From IMG/VR virus record IMGVR_UViG_3300008110_000034, positions 116,862 to 180,861 of that record: a stretch of DNA of 64,000 nucleotides; one strand, 5' to 3'. A program made the position numbers and the translations under genes. Source of the DNA: a virus. Under the pieces are notes generated by a model. The model saw only the letters and a list, made by a program, of their open reading frames with translations, made no database searches and had not been told where the DNA came from. Shown here piece by piece: positions 38,251 to 47,431 of this stretch (position 1 is the first letter of the stretch; each line of letters opens with the position of its first letter).

Positions 38251-39093
38251 ATTATTAAACAATTCATCATGCGGAACTTCGTATGGATGGCCCTGGTAAA
38301 ACAGGGCTTTTTCTTGAGCACTACCGTCGTACCATTCATCTACATTATATTGACACCATGCAACATGTTCGTGCCATACATCTCTATTAACTGGTTCTAA
38401 CGGATCTCTCCAATTGGCTAATGTACTTTCACATGCTATCCAAGTTGGACACGGGCCTAGACTAATAACTTTTTTACCGTACCAGAATGCTTCTGATGTG
38501 ATGGCAGAACTATGACTAACAACTAAATCTGCCCATTCAAAATCGCCGTCAAACCCAAACACGCCTTTAAATCCAACACTAGGATTTCCGTAATGTTGTA
38601 CTCCTTTTTTACCAACCTTGTATCTAATTTTTACATTTACACCCTGTGATTCAAAAAATATTTTTAATTTTTCAGACCATTCTGTGATATCAACTCCTGT
38701 AAAAATTCCTTGACTTTTTCTACTTGGAGCGATCAATACGTTTTTAATTTCTTTAACTTTCCAGGGCTGTTTTTCTAATCTAGTAGTATTCCATCGAGAA
38801 TAGGGAATTGATTTTAATTTAGTCGGGGCAAAAGAATTTATACTCACCCTGACTGCTACTCTACGTTTTGAAACCCAAGATCCAAGATAGGGACGATTGA
38901 CTGCAATAAATGGATACTTTGCTTTCATCCATTCTCCAATTGATCCTAACGGATTTGCAGGCACTATTAATGGTATACCCGGATCTGCTTTCAATACATC
39001 AAAGATATGAATTAGTCGTCCTGTAAAACGCTCCCAACCTTTGATAAAAGGTTCATCAAACTCGTTGACTAATATTTGATATTTTAGTGCCAT
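38215..39093 (-). CDS. Capsule-synthesis-like (KpsS/KpsC-type GT-B) glycosyltransferase paralogue 1
   Basis: Likely start MALKY at 39093; NVLIAPS, VKIRYK, VVSHSSAITSEAFWYGKKV. Confidence 0.6.
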   Translation of the reverse strand: MALKYQILVNEFDEPFIKGWERFTGRLIHIFDVLKADPGIPLIVPANPLGSIGEWMKAKYPFIAVNRPYLGSWVSKRRVAVRVSINSFAPTKLKSIPYSRWNTTRLEKQPWKVKEIKNVLIAPSRKSQGIFTGVDITEWSEKLKIFFESQGVNVKIRYKVGKKGVQHYGNPSVGFKGVFGFDGDFEWADLVVSHSSAITSEAFWYGKKVISLGPCPTWIACESTLANWRDPLEPVNRDVWHEHVAWCQYNVDEWYDGSAQEKALFYQGHPYEVPHDELFNNSQGSIFHAGNP

Positions 39094-39212
39094 TTTTCTC
39101 TCTTTAATATTTACCATTAAATAGTCTAATAAAATCTGAACGATTCTTTTCATATCAGCATTTATAGTTAACTGCGTAGATAAATATTACCGTATTTTAT
39201 AATTTTAAACAT

Positions 39213-39977
39213 ATGAAAAGAATTACATTAGCTACAGGAGGGTTTGATCCTCTACATTCCGGCCACATAAAATATCTTGAAGCTGCCTGTGAGTTTGGCG
39301 ACATGTTAGTAGTTGGCTTAAATTCTGATGCTTGGCTTACTAGAAAAAAAGGTACACCTTTTATGCCTTTTGAAGAAAGACAAGCAGTTGTATCAGGGCT
39401 TTTTGCCGTAGATTACACTATAGAGTTTGACGACACTGACGGTAGTGCAAAAGATGCCATCTTAAAACTTAGACAACAATTTCCAGAAGATAAAATTATT
39501 TTTGTCAATGGCGGAGATCGAACATTGTCTAATATTCCAGAAATGGATATTATTGACGATAATCTAGAATTTCAATTTGGTGTTGGCGGAGATAATAAAA
39601 AAAATTCAAGCAGTTGGATATTACAAGAGTGGAAGTCCCCAAAAACAAAACGTCCATGGGGGTACTATCGAGTTCTTCATGAAAGCGGCCAAGAAGTTAA
39701 GGTTAAAGAATTAACAGTTGAGCCTGGACAATCATTAAGTATGCAACGTCATGAAAATAGAGCAGAACATTGGTTTATTATAGAGGGCACTGCTGAAGTA
39801 TACACTGTAAATAGAAGTTCAGATTATGAATTTTTAGGAGTGTATCATAAGCATCAAAGTTTGCACATAAACACATCTCAATGGCATCAATTATGTAATC
39901 CATCAAATGAGCCTTTGAAAATTGTTGAAATACAGTACGGTAGTATCTGTACTGAGGAAGATATAGAAAGAAAATGA
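39213..39977 (+). CDS. Cytidylyltransferase fused to mannose-6-phosphate-isomerase-type cupin
   Basis: GGFDPLHSGH (HxGH), VVGLNSD, FVNGGDR; C-terminal RPWG...VEPGQSLSMQRHENRAEHW. Confidence 0.9.
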   Translation: MKRITLATGGFDPLHSGHIKYLEAACEFGDMLVVGLNSDAWLTRKKGTPFMPFEERQAVVSGLFAVDYTIEFDDTDGSAKDAILKLRQQFPEDKIIFVNGGDRTLSNIPEMDIIDDNLEFQFGVGGDNKKNSSSWILQEWKSPKTKRPWGYYRVLHESGQEVKVKELTVEPGQSLSMQRHENRAEHWFIIEGTAEVYTVNRSSDYEFLGVYHKHQSLHINTSQWHQLCNPSNEPLKIVEIQYGSICTEEDIERK

Positions 39978-40663
39978 GAGATATTATTCCAGTTTTCATA
40001 GGGTATGATCCTAGAGAGGCAATTGCATATCATACATGCGCTAATAGTATAATTAGAAATTCTTCTAGACCCGTAGCATTGATTCCAGTAGCTCTTAATA
40101 TGTTTAAAGACTATACAGAAACGCATAACGACGGAAGTAATCATTTTATCTATACAAGATTTTTAGTTCCATATTTAATGCAATGGCAAGGCTGGGCAAT
40201 ATTCATAGATGGAGACATGATTGTTCGAGGCGACATTGCAGAACTATGGGATGCACAGTCTATAGGATGTGATGTAATGGTTGTAAAACACGATTATAAA
40301 ACTAAGATGAAGGAAAAGTATCTTGGCTCTAAGAACGAAGATTATCCTAGAAAAAATTGGTCAAGTGTAATTTTGTGGAATTGCAATAGTTTTCCTAACA
40401 GAAAATTAACTCCTGAGTTTGTTATGCAAGCTACAGGTGCAGAACTCCATCGATTTACTTGGCTAGATGATTCAAGAATAGGAGAGTTGCCAAAAGAATG
40501 GAATTGGTTACCAGATGAATACGGTACAAATCCTGATGCAAAATTACTTCATTATACACTAGGTACTCCTTGTTTTCACGAATTTGCAGATACTCCAATG
40601 TCAGAAGAGTGGCATCGAGAAAGAATTTTTACAGAATACTGCCAACAAATTAATATCAAATGA
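39974..40663 (+). CDS. GT-A glycosyltransferase (GT8-like)
   Basis: IFIDGDMI (DxD), NWSSVILWNC, LPKEWNWL, AKLLHYTLGTP. Confidence 0.85.
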   Translation: MRDIIPVFIGYDPREAIAYHTCANSIIRNSSRPVALIPVALNMFKDYTETHNDGSNHFIYTRFLVPYLMQWQGWAIFIDGDMIVRGDIAELWDAQSIGCDVMVVKHDYKTKMKEKYLGSKNEDYPRKNWSSVILWNCNSFPNRKLTPEFVMQATGAELHRFTWLDDSRIGELPKEWNWLPDEYGTNPDAKLLHYTLGTPCFHEFADTPMSEEWHRERIFTEYCQQINIK

Positions 40664-41427
40664 ATTTAGTTTTAGACCATTTTATAAAATCAACTAAAGG
40701 TTCTGTAACTAAAGACTTTGATAAAAAAGATATTCCTTTGGCGTTTAGGGGTATATTAAAGAAAAAATATATAGAAGAATGTTTTAACATCGGCAGACCT
40801 TTCTATTATATAGATACTGGTTATTTTGGAAATTATCCTAGTCCAGGAAATCCCCTAGGAATTAAAAAATGGCATAGGATAATTAAAAATAATCTTCAAA
40901 ATTGTAATGTGTCGTTTTCCTATTCACGAGACAGACTTAATATCTTAGAAAAATCTGATCCCCAATTAATTTGGAAAGGATGGAAAACAACCGGTAAAAA
41001 TATTTTATTAGTAGCGCCTTCTGAAAAACCTTGTAAATATTACGAAATTGATAAAACTCAATGGCTGAATGACACTATTAATGAAATTAAAAAATATACA
41101 GATAAGCAAATCATAATTAGAGAAAAATCTTCTCGATCAGAAAGAGTAAGAAAAAATACTATATACGATGCATTTAATCAAGATGTATTTGCAGTAGTAA
41201 CATATAATAGTATAGCAGCAGTAGAAGCAGTAGCATACGGGATACCATCTTTTGTCTTGGCGCCAAGTGCAGCAGGTATTGTATCTCTATCAGACATTTC
41301 TAAAATAGAAACCCCATATTATCCAGATGATCATTTAGTTGAGCACTGGAAGCGAACATTGACGTACAATCAATTTACTGATAATGAAATAATTACTGGA
41401 AAAGCCTGGAGCATAATTAATGTCTAA
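40660..41427 (+). CDS. Capsule-synthesis-like glycosyltransferase paralogue 2
   Basis: FYYIDTGYF, NILLVAPS, IIIREK, VVTYNSIAAVEAVAYGIP. Confidence 0.65.
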   Translation: MNLVLDHFIKSTKGSVTKDFDKKDIPLAFRGILKKKYIEECFNIGRPFYYIDTGYFGNYPSPGNPLGIKKWHRIIKNNLQNCNVSFSYSRDRLNILEKSDPQLIWKGWKTTGKNILLVAPSEKPCKYYEIDKTQWLNDTINEIKKYTDKQIIIREKSSRSERVRKNTIYDAFNQDVFAVVTYNSIAAVEAVAYGIPSFVLAPSAAGIVSLSDISKIETPYYPDDHLVEHWKRTLTYNQFTDNEIITGKAWSIINV

Positions 41428-42343
41428 AATAAAATTTACAGTGGCCCATCGCGTTGATAACAATAATGTAGGAGACATGGCAAGTAATCCTCTACAATAT
41501 TTTTTAAAAGATGATGAATATAATGTAGTCGATGTAACAAAAATATCAGAGTCGTATATAGATCCTAATATTCCATTAATTGTTGGCGGCGGAGGTCTTC
41601 TTAATAACGAGTTCATAGGAAATATTTTTAAAGAAATATTATATCCTGCAGATAGATTAGAATTAGAAAGAATGTGGCTTGATTCGTGGAATTTAAAAAA
41701 TTCTAATTATGCTCAAGACCATAGTGAATTTATGGAAAAATATAGAAATCTGTTACACGAATATCTTCAAAAAATTGAATATCCAGAGATGAGTAAATTT
41801 GTATGGGGTGCTGGATTCAATAGCCCAATTACAGAAGATTCTCAAAGCCCTGAATATCCAACTGGACTACTAAATTTTAAACTTGTTGGGCTTCGAGATG
41901 TATTTACAAATATGAAACACCAATGGGTGCCTTGTGCAAGTTGTATGCATCCAACTTTGAGAAAAAAACATACCATTAAAAATAAAGTTATTTGGTTCGA
42001 ACATAAAAAACAATTAATAAAAGACTTCGGAGACGATTCTATACCTCGCTTTGTAAATAGTGGATCAAATATTGAACAGACAATTGAATTATTAGGTAGT
42101 GCCGAAACTATTCTTACAAACAGTTATCACGGTGCATACTGGGGAACATTATTAGGTAAAAAAGTAATTGTTATTGGACAATGGAGTAACAAATTTCTTT
42201 TAATGAAACATCCGCCTAGATTTTTAGGAAAAAAGGAAAATTGGAAGGATGTTGTGGAAAGTATAGAACCTAATGTTAATGCACTAAATGAATGTATTTC
42301 TGCAACTGAAAACTACTGGAAGCAAATTAATTTGTTATTATGA
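41420..42343 (+). CDS. Polysaccharide pyruvyltransferase-like protein
   Basis: NNVGD, VGGGGLL, WGAG, GLRD, ILTNSYHGAYWGTLLGKKV. Confidence 0.7.
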   Translation: MSKIKFTVAHRVDNNNVGDMASNPLQYFLKDDEYNVVDVTKISESYIDPNIPLIVGGGGLLNNEFIGNIFKEILYPADRLELERMWLDSWNLKNSNYAQDHSEFMEKYRNLLHEYLQKIEYPEMSKFVWGAGFNSPITEDSQSPEYPTGLLNFKLVGLRDVFTNMKHQWVPCASCMHPTLRKKHTIKNKVIWFEHKKQLIKDFGDDSIPRFVNSGSNIEQTIELLGSAETILTNSYHGAYWGTLLGKKVIVIGQWSNKFLLMKHPPRFLGKKENWKDVVESIEPNVNALNECISATENYWKQINLLL

Positions 42344-43272
42344 ATGTAGCAATATATCATAGTTCTGTACCTAATTTAAAAAATCAAGAAAAAGTTGATT
42401 TGTTAAATTTTTACGGACAAGGAGTTAGAGCAGTAGGCGATACAGTTGTAGATGTAAGATCTCTTAACTGTGTTAATGCTGACGTGTCTGTAATTCAAGG
42501 CTGGGTTGATCAAAAACCTAATACTAATAATCATTTACTACTAAGATATAATGTTATTAATAATTCTCAGAGATTTGGAAAATATGTTGTAGCAGTAGAC
42601 AGCAATTTGTTTTTATATGCAAATACTACCAATCCTTTGCATTATTTGAGATATAGCTTCAATGGTGTGTTTCCAAATACTGGAATTTACTGTGACAATG
42701 TTATTGATCCAACTCGCTGGAAAAAAATTAGTAAAAATTTAGATTTAAATCTTAAAGATTATAGATCTAATGGCGATCATATTCTATTGATGTTGCAAAG
42801 AAATGGCGGCTGGAGCATGGGAACCTATGATGTTCAAGAATGGGTTAACAGTGTTATCCATGATTTAAGAAAAGTCACAGACCGGCCAATCGTTGTTAGA
42901 TCTCACCCAGGCGACAAGGCTGCAAAGCATTACCTAGATCCAAATAGTCCACAGTGTAAGATCAAATGGTCAAAACGTGTTCGACTAAGCCACAATAAAA
43001 ATTTAGTAGATGATTTAAAAAATTGTTGGGCAGCAGTTAATCATAATTCTAGCCCTTCGGTAGGAGCAGCTATAGAGGGTGTTCCTATTTTTATCACTGA
43101 TATTGAAAAAAGCCAATGTAAAGAGATAGCTAATATAAAAATATCTAGTATTGAAAATCCAATCTTATACGATCGTCAATCTTGGGTTGAAAGATTATCT
43201 ATGTTCCACTGGAATTTTGATGAATTAAAATCTGGTGAATGTTGGTCACATATGAAAAAATTTATTTCTTAA
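42340..43272 (+). CDS. Capsule-synthesis-like glycosyltransferase paralogue 3
   Basis: HILLMLQ, IVVRSHPGD, AVNHNSSPSVGAAIEGVP. Confidence 0.7.
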   Translation: MNVAIYHSSVPNLKNQEKVDLLNFYGQGVRAVGDTVVDVRSLNCVNADVSVIQGWVDQKPNTNNHLLLRYNVINNSQRFGKYVVAVDSNLFLYANTTNPLHYLRYSFNGVFPNTGIYCDNVIDPTRWKKISKNLDLNLKDYRSNGDHILLMLQRNGGWSMGTYDVQEWVNSVIHDLRKVTDRPIVVRSHPGDKAAKHYLDPNSPQCKIKWSKRVRLSHNKNLVDDLKNCWAAVNHNSSPSVGAAIEGVPIFITDIEKSQCKEIANIKISSIENPILYDRQSWVERLSMFHWNFDELKSGECWSHMKKFIS

Positions 43273-43924
43273 AAGATTGAATGTAACTAGTCAATGCTTC
43301 AATGTCAGAAGCACGGTGCCTAGAAGTTACTTCCCACATCCAGTCGTCGCGTTCCCTCATCCAAGAATTGTGATATGATTTAGAAACATTATCTTTAATT
43401 GCTTCTATTGGCATTTCAAAATCAAAAAGACAATGAAATCTACCTACAGCCTGTGCTAGTGCTCTAATCCAGGTATCTACATACCAATGATAAAAATGCG
43501 GAGGCAAATAATAACCCAATACACGAATCCAGTCTTTATGTAGACAAAAATGCGGGCATTTATTTTTTCCTAACGTAGGAACTTTAGGATAGATACATGC
43601 TATTTTGTCAGGATAAAGATTAAATGCATCAAGTATTTTTTTATCCCACGACAATGTTTCAAACTGGGCATCGTCACCTACTAAAAACAAAATATCATGT
43701 TTAGCTTGTTTTGCCATAAGATTCCAACTATAACAGGTGCTTTGATTTGGACCTATTAAATATTCGCCATCCTTTAGAAAAGAAATATAATCTTGTAATA
43801 AAGGATCGTCTTCATTAAGAAAAAACAAAATTTCTATTTCTTGACTTGCAAATTTCTTAGCAGAATCATACATCCTCTTAGCTAACTGAGGTCTGCTTCT
43901 ACTCGGCGTTAAAATACTAATCAT
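43262..43924 (-). CDS. GT-A (GT2-like) glycosyltransferase
   Basis: Likely start MISILTPSR; FLVGDD; HWYVDTW. Confidence 0.7.
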   Translation of the reverse strand: MISILTPSRSRPQLAKRMYDSAKKFASQEIEILFFLNEDDPLLQDYISFLKDGEYLIGPNQSTCYSWNLMAKQAKHDILFLVGDDAQFETLSWDKKILDAFNLYPDKIACIYPKVPTLGKNKCPHFCLHKDWIRVLGYYLPPHFYHWYVDTWIRALAQAVGRFHCLFDFEMPIEAIKDNVSKSYHNSWMRERDDWMWEVTSRHRASDIEALTSYIQSFKK

Positions 43925-44439
43925 AAAGGTTTTCTTAGTAGGCCTACTTGGTCGCACCATTTACCGGATAAGTCATGCCACGAATCAACAAGTTCTAATT
44001 TGGCCCATTTAGCAAGAGCAGAATATGAATCAGGATAAAACCGCCAACAATCAACAGGATATCTATGTACAGGTCCAGCGGATGGAGTAATAGCACACAC
44101 ATAACCTCCTGGCCTTAATAATCTTGCCATATCTTGAATAGTTAACCAGAAAAATTCACAATGTTCAAACATTTGTCCTGTAATAATAATGTCAACTGTT
44201 TGATCATCAAGTTGACATCTATATGGATCTGACATAACTAGATCTACACCCTCACCTGCTTCTATATCAACACTAACATATGTTAAGTTGGGTATGTCTT
44301 TTAATAAAGAAAAATAAGAATCATGCCCGTCTATTCGTCGACCGCCATAATCTAAAATTTTTCTAGGTTGGTTAGTAAATTCTTTTGTTAGAATCGTATC
44401 TAACATTTTTTTCATATTATTAAGACTAGATTGATGCAT
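43921..44439 (-). CDS. Class I SAM-dependent methyltransferase
   Basis: Likely start MHQSS; ILDYGG, VSVDIEAGEGVD, GQMFEHCEFFW, HRYPVDCWRFYP. Confidence 0.85.
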   Translation of the reverse strand: MHQSSLNNMKKMLDTILTKEFTNQPRKILDYGGRRIDGHDSYFSLLKDIPNLTYVSVDIEAGEGVDLVMSDPYRCQLDDQTVDIIITGQMFEHCEFFWLTIQDMARLLRPGGYVCAITPSAGPVHRYPVDCWRFYPDSYSALAKWAKLELVDSWHDLSGKWCDQVGLLRKPL

Positions 44440-45019
44440 GATTAAAATATTCATTAAAAGTAATTAAAGGAAGTTTTAGATAATTCTGTTCGTAAAACTC
44501 CCAAGTTTCGTTTTTCCCAACAACTAAAGAAGAATTTTGCGGAGATTTAGTTATGATTCCGCAACCAAAGTCAAATTTAAAAATATTAAATTTAATATCA
44601 GACCTTTCCATTAAATCAAATCCTAATCGCCAAACATCACCTAACCAATATCGTTCAGTTGGTCTATGTGTTGCTTGAGAAGGTGTTGTAGGCAACATAT
44701 CATGGATGACAATGGTTCCATTGTCATTTAATCTATCTAGAGCATTTAAAACATCTTTTGAAACTTGCTGATATTCGTGAAGACCATCAATAAAAATTAA
44801 ATCCCACTTTCTAAAATCGTTATTAAAAAACTCATCGCTAGTCATCCTAAGAGTTCCTCCTCTATTAGGATCAACCCCCTCTTTATTTTCAAGATGAATT
44901 TTATTAAAAACTTGATTTTTATCACATCCTATTTCTAAATAACTTGAATAAGAATTTTTTTGAATTAAATGTAACAGCAATTCTACTCTAGTTTTAGATT
45001 CCCAATCTATATTAATCAT
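44426..45019 (-). CDS. Class I SAM-dependent methyltransferase (Methyltransf_24-like)
   Basis: YLEIGC, MTSDEFF, DLIFIDGLH, GTIVIHD. Confidence 0.85.
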   Translation of the reverse strand: MINIDWESKTRVELLLHLIQKNSYSSYLEIGCDKNQVFNKIHLENKEGVDPNRGGTLRMTSDEFFNNDFRKWDLIFIDGLHEYQQVSKDVLNALDRLNDNGTIVIHDMLPTTPSQATHRPTERYWLGDVWRLGFDLMERSDIKFNIFKFDFGCGIITKSPQNSSLVVGKNETWEFYEQNYLKLPLITFNEYFNHASI

Positions 45020-45713
45020 TATTATAAGTTTCCCAAAATTTTGTTCTAGTAAGACTTTGCTTACCGTCTTTTTTAATTAGTGCTATTCCCATGATGTGGT
45101 TATGAATTTGTATTGTTACATGATGTTGATTGATAGCATTATCTGCCGGCAAATATGTATTCGTATATGTATGCACAAGCTTTCTAGCAGCAGCTGGTTT
45201 AATAGCATATCCGCAACATCCTGGCATAGATGCTAAACTATATTCACATGCCTGGGGAACACCGGTTGGGTCATGTAAGTAAGGTAAAAATCTTTCACTT
45301 TTTGTAGGATGACCTAATGCCACTACAAGAACATCTTTAAAATCAACAGGAATATACGGTCTTGTTAATACTATATCATCTTCAAATATCAATATAGGTT
45401 CATTTAATTTTATACATTCCCACCAAAGTCTAAAATGACTGTAAAAACATCCCATCACGCCCGGAACTGCTATTTTTCTATCTTCTTTTTCTGAATCTTC
45501 CACTACTGTGGGTCTAGGGTTAGGACCTTTAATTCCAAATGGGTGTACCTTCCTATTTTCTTTACTCATCATTTCTACTGCATCAGTGCCGTAGGTACCT
45601 TCAAACAGTTCTGCCGGCATTTTAAATTCATCTAATTGTTTTTTGAGATTATTTGCAGTAGTAAGAGAAGATTCAATCTTACTAAGACAAATTATAAAAC
45701 TTTTCATCGCCAA
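45012..45713 (-). CDS. GT25 (LPS-biosynthesis-type) glycosyltransferase
   Basis: FIICL, GCFYSHFRLW, ILIFEDD, GYAIKPAAARKL, PADN. Confidence 0.85.
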   Translation of the reverse strand: MAMKSFIICLSKIESSLTTANNLKKQLDEFKMPAELFEGTYGTDAVEMMSKENRKVHPFGIKGPNPRPTVVEDSEKEDRKIAVPGVMGCFYSHFRLWWECIKLNEPILIFEDDIVLTRPYIPVDFKDVLVVALGHPTKSERFLPYLHDPTGVPQACEYSLASMPGCCGYAIKPAAARKLVHTYTNTYLPADNAINQHHVTIQIHNHIMGIALIKKDGKQSLTRTKFWETYNND

Positions 45714-46510
45714 TATACCTCATTTCTACTTACTACTAGGTCATCTTTTAAACTTTTACCGTATTCTTTACGTTTTCCTTTAAGATGATCAAGATATGCT
45801 CCCCATGCACTATTAATTAACGGATGACCTTCTCCTTTTATAATACCTTTTGCCCAATTTATTTCAACAAGAGGTTGTAAATTTCTCACAGCATCAAAAA
45901 CAAAACTATCATGCCACTCGTCCAAGGTAAAAATTCCATTTTCTGCATCATCGTAGTACTTTTGAAAATTTCTTAAGAACTTTTTAGTACGTTCGCTGGT
46001 CAAGTTCATGGAGTATAATCCGCACTCACTAAATTTTCCTTCTCTACCAAGGAAGCCTAGGTCAATTGAATGTGGAATCAAGGAATTAATCATAGTTTCT
46101 GCAATGGGAGTATGACATACCATATCTGCATCCATCCAGATTAAAATTTCAGCATCACAATTTTCGGCACAATGAAAAATACTATATACTTTATGAGCAA
46201 ATCTTACTGCGTCCCACTTAAATCCCTTACCGGCGTCTCGTCTTCGGCTTCGTATTGGATCTTTTGAAACATCACCGTTTGCTTTTGGCACATTTTTCCA
46301 TTTATTTTTAAAATTCACCAATGGCAGACTGGATAGGTGTAGGTCTCTAATTACTAAATTTGGTGCAGTTTCAACAATTTCACAATCCTCAGTATACACA
46401 TAAAGAGTTACAGATTGTGGCCAGGATTGAAGATACGTTTTTATAAATTTTTGAGCATATTGCTCGTATCCTTTGGCGTGAAAAGTTGTTACAACCGCAT
46501 ATTTTGGCAT
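45704..46510 (-). CDS. Nucleotide-diphospho-sugar transferase (GT-A)
   Basis: AVRFAHKV, LIWMDADM (DxD), WHDSFVFD, DHLKG. Confidence 0.7.
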   Translation of the reverse strand: MPKYAVVTTFHAKGYEQYAQKFIKTYLQSWPQSVTLYVYTEDCEIVETAPNLVIRDLHLSSLPLVNFKNKWKNVPKANGDVSKDPIRSRRRDAGKGFKWDAVRFAHKVYSIFHCAENCDAEILIWMDADMVCHTPIAETMINSLIPHSIDLGFLGREGKFSECGLYSMNLTSERTKKFLRNFQKYYDDAENGIFTLDEWHDSFVFDAVRNLQPLVEINWAKGIIKGEGHPLINSAWGAYLDHLKGKRKEYGKSLKDDLVVSRNEVYWR

Positions 46511-46521
46511 GGAATCCCCAT

Positions 46522-46542
46522 TAAATACTATTATAATATTTA
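46522..46542. promoter_or_regulatory. Overlapping divergent late promoters
   Basis: TAAATA(+) 46522-46527 and TAAATA(-) 46537-46542 between divergent GT genes. Confidence 0.55.
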
Positions 46543-46546
46543 GTTT

Positions 46547-47398
46547 ATGGCGACTATCTCAATTTTTAATCAATACGGTGCATTGAACTCAAAGTCAGTG
46601 TTTGAAGCCTTTGCTATTGGTGCAAAAAAACTAGGTCATACTGTGACATACCACGATTTTTCAGCAGATTACTATGTGATATGGTCAGTGTTATGGCACG
46701 GTAGGATGCGTTCTAATTTAGAAGTTTGGAATCAGGCAAAAAAAATAGGAAAAAAAATTATTGTTTTAGAAGTGGGATGTATTGATCGAGGCCGAACATG
46801 GAGAGTAGGCCTCGATCATGTGAATAATTTAGGATTTTTTGGTGACTCTCAGGATCTTATACCTAATAGATCAAAACAACTAGGGATAAAATTATTGGCA
46901 TGGACCATGAATGGAAAATATATTTTAATTTGTGGTCAACATACTAAAAGTGAACAATGGAAAAAATTTCCCAACCCTGAAATTTGGTTAAGAAACACTA
47001 TTTCAGAGGTCAAACAATATACAGATATGCCTATTGTAGTGAGACCTCATCCCCGTGACTGGCATTGGGCTGCAAATTTTTCTTACAAAGATGTAAAAAT
47101 AAATTTGCCTAAGAAAATATCAGGTACCTATGATGACTTTAATTTTGATCAGGATCTAAAAAACGCATGGGCAGTGATAAACCCCTCATCGAACACTGGA
47201 ATTTTAAGTATTATCAATGGAGTTCCGGCATTTGTTGATAGTACTAGTCTAGCTGCTCCAGTAGGGAACTTAGATCTTTCAACTGTAGTAAATCCAATAA
47301 GACCAAGAAGAGATGAATGGTTAGAAAAGTTTTGTCATACCGAATGGACTACGGAAGAAATAGCTCAAGGCTTACCAATTTTAAGATTAAAGATTTGA
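46547..47398 (+). CDS. Capsule-synthesis-like glycosyltransferase paralogue 4
   Basis: IIVLEVG, YILICGQ, IVVRPHPRD, VINPSSNTGILSIINGVP. Confidence 0.7.
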   Translation: MATISIFNQYGALNSKSVFEAFAIGAKKLGHTVTYHDFSADYYVIWSVLWHGRMRSNLEVWNQAKKIGKKIIVLEVGCIDRGRTWRVGLDHVNNLGFFGDSQDLIPNRSKQLGIKLLAWTMNGKYILICGQHTKSEQWKKFPNPEIWLRNTISEVKQYTDMPIVVRPHPRDWHWAANFSYKDVKINLPKKISGTYDDFNFDQDLKNAWAVINPSSNTGILSIINGVPAFVDSTSLAAPVGNLDLSTVVNPIRPRRDEWLEKFCHTEWTTEEIAQGLPILRLKI

Positions 47399-47423
47399 CT
47401 TATTACAAAAAAAGTAATATAAT
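47395..47423 (+). promoter_or_regulatory. Sigma70-type promoter for uvsW
   Basis: TTGACT-N17-TATAAT. Confidence 0.85.
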
Positions 47424-47431
47424 GTTTTTAT

